A stretch of 64,000 nucleotides of DNA from an uncultured Acetobacteraceae bacterium (GCA_964657565.1 CAZZVQ010000009.1:15380-79379), one strand, 5' to 3'. Shown: positions 1 through 9,543, counted from the stretch's first letter. Notes: generated from the sequence alone by a model not told the origin. Translations and numbers: made by a program.

Positions 1-208
1 GGCTTCTCACAAGCTAGTCTACACGGTTGGTGGCGCTACTGCGCAGTTTAGTGTTTCCGACACTGGCGCGGGAGTGCTTCGCAGCACTCTTACCCAAAAT
101 GGATCACCGTAATAGGGAAGGATTACTCACGATGTCTTTGTCAGTCGCAACGTGCTTCGCAGTGATGATCGAGCTTTCAAGTTTTGTCCTGCCGCAGGAT
201 TGTGCGAA

Positions 209-586
209 GTGAAGCGGGCTCTCCTAGTCTGCCTGCTCTTGGGAGTCGTCCCCGCCCAAGCCCAACAGCCGTCCACGCCGGCACCTGTCCCCGCGCCGCT
301 GACACCTATCCCCGCGCCGCCCTCGCCGCCCCACGAACTGCAAGCTACCGGACAAATGCTACGAGAGGCGCAAGCGCGGGAGTTCATGGCGCTTGATCGC
401 GCTATCCAGGCGGAGGGGAGAGCGGCTAGAGCGGAACAGGCTCTTGCGGCGGCTAAAGCGGGGGACCAGCCAAGTGCCACCACTCCGGACGGTGCAAAAG
501 TGCCTGCGCCTGAAAGCGCGCGGAGTCCTACCGCCGCCCCGGCCGGCAGTCCTATGCCAGAGCCTACCCCCTCTACAGCGAAATAG
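209..586 (+). CDS. Pro/Ala-rich secreted protein, phage-encoded, unknown function
   Basis: This lies in the frame of ORF 152..586. An in-frame GTG at 209 gives VKRALLVCLLLGVVPAQAQQ, which is signal-peptide-like. The rest is Pro/Ala-rich low complexity. The start is uncertain. Confidence 0.5.
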   Translation: MKRALLVCLLLGVVPAQAQQPSTPAPVPAPLTPIPAPPSPPHELQATGQMLREAQAREFMALDRAIQAEGRAARAEQALAAAKAGDQPSATTPDGAKVPAPESARSPTAAPAGSPMPEPTPSTAK

Positions 587-594
587 GAGTTGAC

Positions 595-1104
595 GTGGTC
601 GCCGCGCGCACCGTCACGCTCCCGGTCAATCCGGGCGCGAGCTGGGACGATTTCGCATGGGACCCTAAATACCCCGGCGACGTGCTCGACTACCAGCTCG
701 ACGCGACCGAATGGCTGGATGACGCTGGACAGGTAATCGCGAGCGCGACCGCTGCCCTCAGCCCCGGTTTGGTGGCCCTGGGCAGCGATTTCGTGCTGAC
801 CGGCAACGCTCAGACGGGTTTCGTCCTGCGGTTGTCCGGGGGCCTGCCGCTGACGATCGCGCAGATCGCAATCACCCTGACCCTCGACGACGGCCGGCTG
901 GTCAACATCCTGGTGGCGCTCCCGATTCGCGCCGGGCTGCCGTCGGGACTGCTGCCATACGTTCCACCGGGCGCTCGTCTCAGCGTCGGTGGAACGGTCA
1001 TTACGATCGGCAGCGTGCCGATCGTGGTGCCCGGCTCCGATAGCGACGACGTCTCGGTAGGCGGTCTGCCCATCGCGATCTTCGGAAAATCAATCATCAT
1101 CTGA
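595..1104 (+). CDS. Phage virion/tail-associated protein (unknown family)
   Basis: This 169-aa ORF has a GTG start 8 nt after the previous stop. Its N-terminal pattern WDDFAWDPKYPGDVLDYQLDATEWLDD is one I recall from small conserved phage structural proteins (memory only). It sits directly upstream of the tail-fibre genes. Confidence 0.65.
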   Translation: MVAARTVTLPVNPGASWDDFAWDPKYPGDVLDYQLDATEWLDDAGQVIASATAALSPGLVALGSDFVLTGNAQTGFVLRLSGGLPLTIAQIAITLTLDDGRLVNILVALPIRAGLPSGLLPYVPPGARLSVGGTVITIGSVPIVVPGSDSDDVSVGGLPIAIFGKSIII

Positions 1105-1113
1105 GGGTGCCGC

Positions 1114-2601
1114 ATGAGCGTGGAACTATTAGACCTGCCGGACCTACCGGCAGGATCGGCTGCGGCTGCCCGAACGATCGTGGCCGTGCCGGGCGCCGGC
1201 ACAGCTCCTGCAACGCCCTACAAAGCGCCGCTCACCACCCCCGGGACGCTGCCGATTTGGACAACCTCCACTCGTCCCACGCTCTCGGATGGTCAGGCGG
1301 TCATCGGATACAACACGGCAATTCCGCAGCTCGAGGCCGGCATCGGAGTGGGCGGCCTGCAGACGTGGACGGCTCTCGGTGGAGGCGCCTCCAGCACCGT
1401 CCCAGCCTACCCAAACCTGACCGTCACTCCCGGTAACGGGCAGAACACCATTGCATGGACGGATGGTTCGACTGGCGGATCGCCCATCACCGGGCACAAA
1501 CTATACCGCAGCACGTCGCCCGGCGCAGAGGCGCTGCTTGGCACGATCACGACTGCCAGTCCTTATGTCGATACGGGCCTCACCAACGGCACAGCTTACT
1601 ATTATCGTCTCAGCGCTACGAACGCGGTCGGCGAGGGTGCGCAGTCGGCCGAGGTCTCGGCCACGCCAGCGCTTCCCGTAGCGTCGCCGGTCAACACCGT
1701 CCTGCCGGCAGTCTCCGGCACCGCCCAGCAGGGCCAGACCCTCTCCGTCACGACCGGCACATGGTCAGGCACGCCGACGCCGACTTACGCCTACCAATGG
1801 CTTCGCGCGGGCGCGGCCATCTCGGGCGCGACTGGCTCGACCTATCTGCTGGGGTTTGGCGACGTAGGCTCGGCGATCAGCTGCGCCGTCACCGCCACCA
1901 ACGCGGCCGGGTCGGCGTCGGCCACATCACCCAGCACGGCCACGGTGACCCCGATCGCCGCCACCATCACCGGCACCGCACCGGCAGGCACAGTCGGCAC
2001 CGCCTACAGCTACACGTTCACGACAGCCAACTTCGTCGGCGCCATCACCGCAACCGTGGGCAGCGGCACGCTCCCGGCCGGGCTCGCGCTGTCCGTCAGC
2101 GGCTCGAGCATCGTCCTGTCCGGCACGCCGACTGCGGCGGCGACCTCGAGCTTCACAATCCATGGCGTGGGCGCGACGAGCGGCACCGCGGACAGCGCGG
2201 CGCAGTCCGTCACGATCGCGGCGGCCGTCGTCTCCACGCACGCTCGCTTCGCCCAGGACACGGCAACGGCCGGCGCCGGCGGCACGGCTGCCGCGCTGTT
2301 TGCCTCGATGGCGCAGGTGTCCGGCGCCTCCTCGGATCGCACCGGCACGATCACCACGACGGCCGACCCGACGAAATACACGTGGGTCGCGGTGACGGCC
2401 GCGGCGGCCGGCTCTGGCGTGCGGTTCTTCGACGGCACTGGGTACGGCGGTTTCAACGGCGCGGGGTCGAGCTCGATCTACACCGGTCCGGATGCCGACC
2501 CGACGACCATCCACCAGACCTACACGGACGGGTCCGGCAACACCTGGAACCTCTACCGCTCGAGCGGCCATTCGGTCGCGCTCACCTTCACGCTCTCGTA
2601 A
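1114..2601 (+). CDS. Tail-fibre-like protein with fibronectin-III-like and Ig-like repeats
   Basis: 495 aa. An Fn3-like segment reads ITGHKLYRSTSPG...GLTNGTAYYYRLSATNAVGEG. An Ig-like repeat reads GTWSGTPTPTYAYQWLRAGAAISGATGSTY...ISCAVTATNAAGS. The C-terminal domain is Ala/Thr/Gly-rich. Confidence 0.8.
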   Translation: MSVELLDLPDLPAGSAAAARTIVAVPGAGTAPATPYKAPLTTPGTLPIWTTSTRPTLSDGQAVIGYNTAIPQLEAGIGVGGLQTWTALGGGASSTVPAYPNLTVTPGNGQNTIAWTDGSTGGSPITGHKLYRSTSPGAEALLGTITTASPYVDTGLTNGTAYYYRLSATNAVGEGAQSAEVSATPALPVASPVNTVLPAVSGTAQQGQTLSVTTGTWSGTPTPTYAYQWLRAGAAISGATGSTYLLGFGDVGSAISCAVTATNAAGSASATSPSTATVTPIAATITGTAPAGTVGTAYSYTFTTANFVGAITATVGSGTLPAGLALSVSGSSIVLSGTPTAAATSSFTIHGVGATSGTADSAAQSVTIAAAVVSTHARFAQDTATAGAGGTAAALFASMAQVSGASSDRTGTITTTADPTKYTWVAVTAAAAGSGVRFFDGTGYGGFNGAGSSSIYTGPDADPTTIHQTYTDGSGNTWNLYRSSGHSVALTFTLS

Positions 2602-2610
2602 GGGGTCACC

Positions 2611-5085
2611 ATGTCCACTATCGGATCATCCCTCTCGAAGGGTGAAGACGGCACCGCGCTCATCAACCCGAGCGTTCTCAATCAGATCGCCGGCCTCCCA
2701 AAAGACCTGACCCGCTCGGCCTTCGACGCAGCGGTGACGCAAGAGCGCGCCCGCATCACCAACAACGGCACCGGCGTGTGGAACAACGGTGAGAAGATAA
2801 GCATCCTCGGCGAGCTCGGGACGCGTATCTGGTTTGTCGGAGGCAGCGCCGCCGCCAGTCACGCGCGCAACGTTTCGTTTCAGGGCAGAACCTACACGCT
2901 TGCCGGCGATGCCAACGTGTTCGGGGCAACGAACGGCGCTCCGTCGAGCGGCACCGGCGCCAACGGGGACATCATGGTCGATGTCAACGCGGGCCTCTGC
3001 TACGGCCCGAAGGCAAACGGCACATGGTCAGGCACTGTGCTTGACACGATCTCGGCTCGTTCGAACGATCCGCGATTTGATACCGGCGCGACCGTCAGTC
3101 TAGGCAGCGCCCCATATAACGCGCCCCTGGACGGCCAGCCCCACACGATGACCCAGGCGGCCGCGCTGGCGATGTATCCCAACTGCGGCGCCACCAGGTC
3201 GATCGCACAGGATACGGCGGCGTGGCTGCAGGCCGAATACGACATCCGCACGTCGGCAGTTCGGCGCGGCACCACCGTCATTTGGCTGCCGCCCATGTCC
3301 AAGATGGTCGTCACCGAGCAACTTCGCCTCCAAGCTGCGAGCAATGTATGGTTTCACGCCGGTCCCGGCTGCACCCTTCTTACGGCCGGAACTGGCACTA
3401 CCCCGGCGATCTCAGTCGAGAACGCGACGAGCCTGGCGCAACCGCTGCGCAACTTCTTCATGCAGGCGGGCGCTTCTGCCGTCTCCACGCCTGGGGATGC
3501 CGGCGGCGTGGCCTGGACAGGTTACACGACGGGCGCGTCCGCGATCCAGTTCGTCAATTGCCAGGGGATATTCATCCATAACGTGGCCTGGAGCGGCTAC
3601 GACGAAGCGATAATTTGGGGCAACCACGTTTTCGGTATCCGCTTCATGTACTGTGCCGGAAGCGGCAACAACATAGCGTGGGGTTGGGAAAATCAAGCCT
3701 TCGGTCTCGACAGCATGGAGGCCCTTTACTTCATTAGTGGGTCACTCTCCAACAACAACTACGGCTTCAAATTAGACTCGATTTACGGTCCCAACGAGCA
3801 AGGGACCTACTTCCCGCAGGGCGGGTCTGTATTTATTCAGGGCACGTCGATCGACTACAACGTTGTCCGCCAAGGCGAGTGGGAGAACTCGGTCAACAAC
3901 TACGCCATTGGGTCCTTGCACATCACGAAGTGCCACATAGAGACCACGGGCGCGTGCTCGGGTAACACGCGCGCCCGTGTCCTGAGCAGCGGTCCGCTAT
4001 TCTTCGTGAACAACGAGCTGGTCGAGAACGACGGCAACTCGCCTCCGTGGTTCGTGGAAGTCGCGGACGGCACCCAATGCACGATGATTGGCAACCGGGT
4101 GAACTCGACCACGATCGCCTTGATGGGCTCGCCCACGAGCGGCCCCAAGGTGGTGTTCGCCTACGGCAACATGATGCAATACATCTATGCCCGGCCGATC
4201 GCGATGCTCGATGGAAACGGCACGCTCTGGCAGCCGAACATGGGCGACGGCTGCTCCAGTCAGATCCCGGACCACGATCCCAACCCGGCGACCGGCTCGG
4301 CGTATTACGGTACCACGGACGTTTTCTGTAACTACGGCAGTGCGGGGGACAACTTCACCCTGGACGCGGGCGGCTGGCCGGCGGGGGCTACGTTCCGCAT
4401 TTGGTGCATCAGCAACCCCGTCACGATCCGGGTCAAGGCGGGCGCGACGCTCGGGGACATCACCCATTTTACAGGGCCGTTTGTCCTCTCAACTCCAGGG
4501 ACGTTCGCCATCGTTCGGGCGCATAGCCCCACAGAGTGGATCATCGTCATGCCGCACATCGTGACGCCCAACGCGTTCCCGATGAGCTTCGCCGGGGTTT
4601 CCGGGGCCGCGCCGACGGGGGTCAAGGCGTTTAGCGGGACCAACGCCGGCACGATCACCTATGACGGCGCGGGCAACCTCCAAATCCCGGCCGCCGCGTC
4701 GGGCGATCTATTGGCGGCCGGCATTGTCCCGGACGGCAAGCTGATCGAGGTCAACTTCGCGGCGGGCACTGCCAACCGGGCTTTTGCGATGCGCACACGG
4801 GTCCAGAGCGATGGCTCCTGCATCTTCATTTACTGCGCCAGCGGTAAGTTGAATTGCGCCACGCTCGCGCCCAATGGCGCCGGCAGCAACTTCGACATCA
4901 ACACGGTCCTGGACCCCAGCACGATCAACAGCTTCGGTTTCAGCGGCGATGGCGGCGTGATCCACGTGTTCATCAACGGCGCACAGTTTCACGACTTCAA
5001 CGTGAGCATCGGATCGGCTGGATACTTGGGTTTTGCTGGCAACAACGGCGCCACGACGTTGATCTCTACGATCAAGATCACCTAG
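2611..5085 (+). CDS. Tailspike / right-handed beta-helix (pectate-lyase-fold) depolymerase-like protein
   Basis: 824 aa and Gly/Asn/Thr-rich. Repeated short strand motifs (e.g. NVAWSGYDEAIIWGNHVFGIRFMYCAGSGNNIAWGWENQ) are typical of parallel beta-helix tailspikes. The gap to the upstream tail-fibre gene is 9 nt. Confidence 0.75.
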   Translation: MSTIGSSLSKGEDGTALINPSVLNQIAGLPKDLTRSAFDAAVTQERARITNNGTGVWNNGEKISILGELGTRIWFVGGSAAASHARNVSFQGRTYTLAGDANVFGATNGAPSSGTGANGDIMVDVNAGLCYGPKANGTWSGTVLDTISARSNDPRFDTGATVSLGSAPYNAPLDGQPHTMTQAAALAMYPNCGATRSIAQDTAAWLQAEYDIRTSAVRRGTTVIWLPPMSKMVVTEQLRLQAASNVWFHAGPGCTLLTAGTGTTPAISVENATSLAQPLRNFFMQAGASAVSTPGDAGGVAWTGYTTGASAIQFVNCQGIFIHNVAWSGYDEAIIWGNHVFGIRFMYCAGSGNNIAWGWENQAFGLDSMEALYFISGSLSNNNYGFKLDSIYGPNEQGTYFPQGGSVFIQGTSIDYNVVRQGEWENSVNNYAIGSLHITKCHIETTGACSGNTRARVLSSGPLFFVNNELVENDGNSPPWFVEVADGTQCTMIGNRVNSTTIALMGSPTSGPKVVFAYGNMMQYIYARPIAMLDGNGTLWQPNMGDGCSSQIPDHDPNPATGSAYYGTTDVFCNYGSAGDNFTLDAGGWPAGATFRIWCISNPVTIRVKAGATLGDITHFTGPFVLSTPGTFAIVRAHSPTEWIIVMPHIVTPNAFPMSFAGVSGAAPTGVKAFSGTNAGTITYDGAGNLQIPAAASGDLLAAGIVPDGKLIEVNFAAGTANRAFAMRTRVQSDGSCIFIYCASGKLNCATLAPNGAGSNFDINTVLDPSTINSFGFSGDGGVIHVFINGAQFHDFNVSIGSAGYLGFAGNNGATTLISTIKIT

Positions 5086-5618
5086 TGCCCGAGGAGGCCG
5101 ACCTGTCCCCCACCATTCCCGGCGTCATCGACGCCCTTCGCAATCTCGTCCGCGCGGTATTCCGCATGGGCGTCGATCCCCTGCTGGCAGGGCTCAGCCA
5201 GCAACTCACCGAAATCCACGCGGAGATCAGGACCATGTCCACCAAGACCGACGACGCCATCGCCAACCTCAAGACCGACGTGCAGGCGCAGACCACCGTC
5301 ATCACCAGCGTCAGCACGTTCATCGCCGGCCTCTCCACGCAGCTCGCCACCGCCCTCGCCAGCGCCAAGGACGCCGGCGCCACCGACGAGCAGCTCGCCG
5401 AGCTGACCGACCTCGATGCTTCAGTGAAGGCCAACAACGCAGCGTTGGCTGCCGCGGTCGCAGCCGGAACCCCCGCCGCCGCAGATGCCTCAGGAGCGGC
5501 CACCGGTGGCGCCACGCAGAGCAATGCCGCTTCGGCGGGTTCGGATGCCGGGACCACCGCTACGGCCGCCCAGGCTGCCGACCCGAACGCCCCGACCGGT
5601 CAGCAGACCATCATCTAA
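5085..5618 (+). CDS. Ala/Thr-rich coiled-coil-like phage protein (tail-fibre accessory?)
   Basis: An in-frame GTG at 5085 overlaps the tailspike TAG (TAGTG). The central part is heptad-like: QQLTEIHAEIRTMSTKTDDAIANLKTDVQAQTTVITSV. The ORF-track start at 4854 lies inside the previous gene and is rejected. Confidence 0.6.
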   Translation: MPEEADLSPTIPGVIDALRNLVRAVFRMGVDPLLAGLSQQLTEIHAEIRTMSTKTDDAIANLKTDVQAQTTVITSVSTFIAGLSTQLATALASAKDAGATDEQLAELTDLDASVKANNAALAAAVAAGTPAAADASGAATGGATQSNAASAGSDAGTTATAAQAADPNAPTGQQTII

Positions 5619-5666
5619 CCCACAAGAGGCGCGCCCGGGCCTCGGCTCGGGCGCCACGGAGGCCAC

Positions 5667-5906
5667 ATGGCCATCATCACGCTCAAACCGATCACGCGGA
5701 TCATCCTGCAGACGGCCAACGGATACTATTCGCTGCCGTGGGATGGGACGGCGGCCGTCCGCATCGGGCCTGGCGAAGGGATCGGCACCGCCTCGCACGG
5801 CGACAACATCTACTCGCTCGTCGCGGCCGACCCGACCGTTGCCGGCACCGCGCCCCCAGCCTCCGCCGATCAACCCTACAACCCTGACGCAGGAGCTTTG
5901 ACCTGA
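5667..5906 (+). CDS. Small phage protein, unknown function
   Basis: This 79-aa ORF has an ATG start. Its stop overlaps the next start (TGATG). The frame has high GC3. Confidence 0.55.
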   Translation: MAIITLKPITRIILQTANGYYSLPWDGTAAVRIGPGEGIGTASHGDNIYSLVAADPTVAGTAPPASADQPYNPDAGALT

Positions 5907-7456
5907 TGCGCCTCGCCCTCGCCGCCTTCGCGGCTCTATCCCTGGCCGGCCCGGCCGTCGCACAGACGGTGCCGACCTGCGCCCAGGCCGATATCGCCTG
6001 CCGCGTGCAGCACAATGACACCGTCACGCTCGGCACGAAGCTGGACACGCTCCACACGGACATCCAGGCGCTGATCAAGCAGCTGCAGAGCGCGCCCGTC
6101 GCGACCGGCTCGACCTCGAGCGGCGCCACCAGCGCGCCCGCGACCAGTGACGCCAAATACTTCCCCGCCGAACCCGGCAATGCCGCATTCCCAAGCCCCG
6201 AGAACAGCAGCATCATCCGCCTCGGTTCGGCGATCTCCGGCCGGCCATACCTGCGCGATGACGCCGGCAACGTTCATCAAATGGTCCAAGCGGCCGGTGC
6301 GGCCACGAACGGCTATCTCATCAACGGCAATCCGGCGCTCGGCGGCGGCTCGGACCAGGCGCCCATCACCAAGCTAGTGGTTCGTCAGGGTAAGGTGTTC
6401 TCGACCGCAGCCGGCGGGCAGACCCAGCAATTCAACTTCGGGATGGGCGGCCTCTATAATGCCGCCCTGCCAGATGCGTTTTCGACGGATGCGAGCGGAG
6501 CAACCACGTCCACCGTGGCCACCAGCAGCGTCACCATGCCGTCTAAGCCGGCCCGCGCCGCCATCGCTCCCGGATCGACCGGCAAGATCCTCAAGGTGTG
6601 TGCGACCGGCTGCGCCTATCCCACACTCTCGGCCGCGATCGCCGCTGCCGCCAACGGCGACACCGTCGATCTCGGGCCCGGCACCTACAAGGAAGCGCCG
6701 CCAGCCATCGCCGTCTCGCTCAAGATGATCTGGGAGGCCGGCGCGGTCCTCGATCTGACCGGCCTCACCGGCAGCCTGGCCCACGGCAAGGGCGCGATCG
6801 TGCCGATGTCGGACCTCCTGCTAGTCAATCCGGTCATCACCGGCACCGCGATGGATCAGGGGTCGGCGCAGGGCACCGCGGCGATCCGACCGGAGACCGG
6901 ATCCAATTACATCGACGTGCAGGGTGGCGAGCTCTACGGCAACCAGAACGGCATCGCCGGCGGCGACGTGCCGGTCGTGCTGACCGTGACCGACACCAAG
7001 CTGCACGATAACGGCCTCGGCGACGGCTATACGCACAACATCTACATGTCGCACGGGACGCTCTCGGTCACCCTGAACAACGTGCAGTCCACCAACCCCA
7101 ATGGCGGCCACGCGGCCAAGATCCGGGCCTTCGAGCTGGCGATCACCGGCGGTACCTATGAGGCGTTCTCCGCTGCGTCGATCGACGTCCCCGACGGCAC
7201 GGTGGCGGCGGCGATCATCGACGGGGCGACGATCATCAAGAAGGCCGGCGCCTACAACCACACGGTGCTCGATTACGCGACCGAGGACACGTCGAGCGGC
7301 AATGGCGGCTTGGTCCTGCGCAACGTCACGCTCAACCTGGCCTGCGACAGCCCGGCCATCATGGTCGGTGGCGGATCGGTGGTCACGGTCGAGGCCACGA
7401 CCAAAGTCGACGGCACCAAGCCGACGGCTCAGGGCGGCACGGTCAAGGGGCTGTAG
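5906..7456 (+). CDS. Secreted right-handed beta-helix protein (polysaccharide lyase/depolymerase-like) with Sec signal peptide
   Basis: 516 aa. The N-terminus MRLALAAFAALSLAGPAVAQ is a signal peptide. The C-terminal half carries beta-helix hallmarks: CATGCAYPTLSAAIAAAANGDTVDLGPGTY, NGIAGGD and GYTHNIYMSHG. Confidence 0.75.
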   Translation: MRLALAAFAALSLAGPAVAQTVPTCAQADIACRVQHNDTVTLGTKLDTLHTDIQALIKQLQSAPVATGSTSSGATSAPATSDAKYFPAEPGNAAFPSPENSSIIRLGSAISGRPYLRDDAGNVHQMVQAAGAATNGYLINGNPALGGGSDQAPITKLVVRQGKVFSTAAGGQTQQFNFGMGGLYNAALPDAFSTDASGATTSTVATSSVTMPSKPARAAIAPGSTGKILKVCATGCAYPTLSAAIAAAANGDTVDLGPGTYKEAPPAIAVSLKMIWEAGAVLDLTGLTGSLAHGKGAIVPMSDLLLVNPVITGTAMDQGSAQGTAAIRPETGSNYIDVQGGELYGNQNGIAGGDVPVVLTVTDTKLHDNGLGDGYTHNIYMSHGTLSVTLNNVQSTNPNGGHAAKIRAFELAITGGTYEAFSAASIDVPDGTVAAAIIDGATIIKKAGAYNHTVLDYATEDTSSGNGGLVLRNVTLNLACDSPAIMVGGGSVVTVEATTKVDGTKPTAQGGTVKGL

Positions 7457-7475
7457 TGAACTGAAGGGCGCTGCG

Positions 7476-7874
7476 ATGATGTCACCTGCTTACCGCCGCG
7501 TGCCGGCCTTCGACGCGCTCAAAGCGATCCATGCCGCGCTGACATTCGTGATGGCCGGGCTCGGCGGCGTGCTGTTCGCGCCTGGCGATACGTTCTCCAG
7601 CAGCACGGCGTGGCGGCTCTTTGTTGAGATCGGCGTCAAGGAGGATCAGCTTGGGATGCTGCTTCTGGCCATTGCGGTCATCGGCGGCGCCGGTATCGCA
7701 CCATCGCACGCTTGGATGCGGCGATGGAGCATCCTCGTGCTGGCGACAGCTCACGCCGCCCTAGCCGTGTCCTTTTTCATCGGCAATCCAGTCGGGGGCG
7801 CCGTCGTGCCCTACACGGCATACGCCATTTTGGCGCTCTACACGGTGTCGCGCGAAGCCGGGGGGAGCCGTTGA
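7476..7874 (+). CDS. Small polytopic membrane protein (holin candidate)
   Basis: An in-frame ATG at 7476 within ORF 7101..7874 gives 132 aa. There are 3-4 hydrophobic segments (AALTFVMAGLGGVLFA, MLLLAIAVIGGAGIA, WSILVLATAHAALAVSFFI, VVPYTAYAILALYTV). It lies in the lysis-cassette context. Confidence 0.6.
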   Translation: MMSPAYRRVPAFDALKAIHAALTFVMAGLGGVLFAPGDTFSSSTAWRLFVEIGVKEDQLGMLLLAIAVIGGAGIAPSHAWMRRWSILVLATAHAALAVSFFIGNPVGGAVVPYTAYAILALYTVSREAGGSR

Positions 7875-8326
7875 TGGTGCACATTCGCCAATGGGCCTCG
7901 CGATTCATCCTGCTCCCCCTGCGCTTGTTCTTCTCGCGTCAAGTCGGGTTGGCGGAGCTGATCTCCGGTCTCGCGACGTTCGGGTGGGGTTGGACCATGG
8001 TCTACACGGACCCGTTCCCGACATGGCGCTCGCTCGACTATCTGCTTCGTTTCTGGGACAGCGACGCCTGGGGCTGGATCGATATGATCTTCGGCCTTGG
8101 ACAGCTTTTCGCCTTTGGTCTGATTGACAACCGCTGGCATCGGCCATGGTTGCGGTTCGGCGCCGCGGTCGTGCTGTGCGTGATTTGGGGTTTCAACACG
8201 ATCAGCATGTTGTCACCTCCCACCCCCTGCCCGCCTTGGGCGTGGCCCGTCGCCGCGCTGTGGTTTGCCAATTTCTATCTCATCATCCGGATTTCGTTTG
8301 TGCGCTGCGCACCCGCGGCTTCATGA
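7874..8326 (+). CDS. Trp-rich polytopic membrane protein (holin/antiholin candidate)
   Basis: The ATG at 7874 overlaps the previous stop (TGATG). The protein is 150 aa with about 4 hydrophobic segments. Confidence 0.6.
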   Translation: MVHIRQWASRFILLPLRLFFSRQVGLAELISGLATFGWGWTMVYTDPFPTWRSLDYLLRFWDSDAWGWIDMIFGLGQLFAFGLIDNRWHRPWLRFGAAVVLCVIWGFNTISMLSPPTPCPPWAWPVAALWFANFYLIIRISFVRCAPAAS

Positions 8327-8844
8327 CCGAACAGTCTTGGCTGCAGTCGCTTGGCCTCGACACCATTCAGCGCGCCCTGATCCCGCTCGGAACAGCGGCA
8401 GGGGCGGTTTGGACTGCTTGGAAATTCAGTGCGGAGCGGCAAGACAAACGCGAAATCGTCGTTGAAACCAGAGAGGAACAGCAGCGGCGCGAGCTTGATG
8501 AGCGGCAAGCGGCCATGTCCAAGCGCGACGCCGAGGCCATGGTGTGGGTGCGCGACGAGGCGGAGCGCTACCGCAAGCGGCTGATCGAGGTCGAGGCCGA
8601 GCGAGACGAGGCCTATCATTCCGCGGATGCGGCGTGGGACATCGCCCGTGCCTGGAAAGAGCGGTCGCATCAAATCAAGCATGATCTAGACAATGCCAGG
8701 ACGATGGTGAACGCAGCACTTATTCAGCGCGGAACAGAGCCCAGAGCCTGGCCGGATGAACAGCTGCCTCCGCTGGACGAGATCCTTGAGGACAACGCGC
8801 GTCGCCTCGTTGAGCGGCGGTCGAATCTACGCGCTGCCGACTGA
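8323..8844 (+). CDS. i-spanin-like protein (N-terminal anchor + charged coiled coil)
   Basis: The ATG at 8323 overlaps the previous stop (ATGA). The protein is 173 aa. A weak N-terminal hydrophobic segment (ALIPLGTAAGAVWTAW) is followed by an Arg/Glu-rich helical region (REEQQRRELDERQAAMSKRDAEAMVWVRDEAERYRKRLIEVEAERDE). Confidence 0.55.
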   Translation: MTEQSWLQSLGLDTIQRALIPLGTAAGAVWTAWKFSAERQDKREIVVETREEQQRRELDERQAAMSKRDAEAMVWVRDEAERYRKRLIEVEAERDEAYHSADAAWDIARAWKERSHQIKHDLDNARTMVNAALIQRGTEPRAWPDEQLPPLDEILEDNARRLVERRSNLRAAD

Positions 8845-8892
8845 AGAATACCCGGCCCGGGTAGGGCGCCCCTCAAAACCTGGAGAAGACCA

Positions 8893-9543
8893 ATGGCAAT
8901 CCTGTCGGCCACCACGGCTGTCAACGGCGCTGTCGCCGGCGCTCGATCGCTGCCCGGCCTCATCACCAATTTGCAGTCGATCGATCCAACCCTAGCCACG
9001 CAACTCACGGCCAAGCCGTTACTGGCCAGCAAGAGCCCCTGGGGGACACTGGCGGCCGGCGCCGTCGGCTGGCTCTCGGCCCGCTATGGCTTGGGTCTCG
9101 ACGACACCACCACGGCCCTGATCGCCGGCCTGTGCGTCTTGGCGGGGAGCTACGCGATGCGCGCGATCACCAAGCAGCCGACCTCCGGACTGGTGACCGT
9201 TGTGCCCCCAGCGATCTCCGCAGATGAGGCGCCGATCGCCAAGACCCTCGGCGTGATCGTCCTGCTGGCGGCCGGCCTATCACTATCAGCGTGCACCACG
9301 GCACAACAGGCGGCGACCAGTAAGGCCGTCGCGGACGGCCAACTGTTCTGCGCAAAGGCCACAGGAGCCGGCCCGCTGGTGGTTGCTCTCGCCAACGCCG
9401 ATGGCGCACCTGTCACCGTCACGGGCGCTGCCTCGGCGGACGTGGCCGCAGCGTGCCAAGTGATCGGGGCCATTCCAGTATCGCCGCCTGCTAATCCCGC
9501 TGCGGCTCCGGTAGTGGCGGCGTCGGTAAAGGCGGCGCCGTGA
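8893..9543 (+). CDS. Membrane protein with internal lipobox (holin-like N-half, o-spanin-like C-half)
   Basis: 216 aa. Two hydrophobic helices are followed by TLGVIVLLAAGLSLSAC, a signal-like h-region plus an L-S-A-C lipobox. An 83-aa Cys-containing, Pro-rich tail follows. The stop overlaps the endolysin start (GTGA). Confidence 0.6.
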   Translation: MAILSATTAVNGAVAGARSLPGLITNLQSIDPTLATQLTAKPLLASKSPWGTLAAGAVGWLSARYGLGLDDTTTALIAGLCVLAGSYAMRAITKQPTSGLVTVVPPAISADEAPIAKTLGVIVLLAAGLSLSACTTAQQAATSKAVADGQLFCAKATGAGPLVVALANADGAPVTVTGAASADVAAACQVIGAIPVSPPANPAAAPVVAASVKAAP

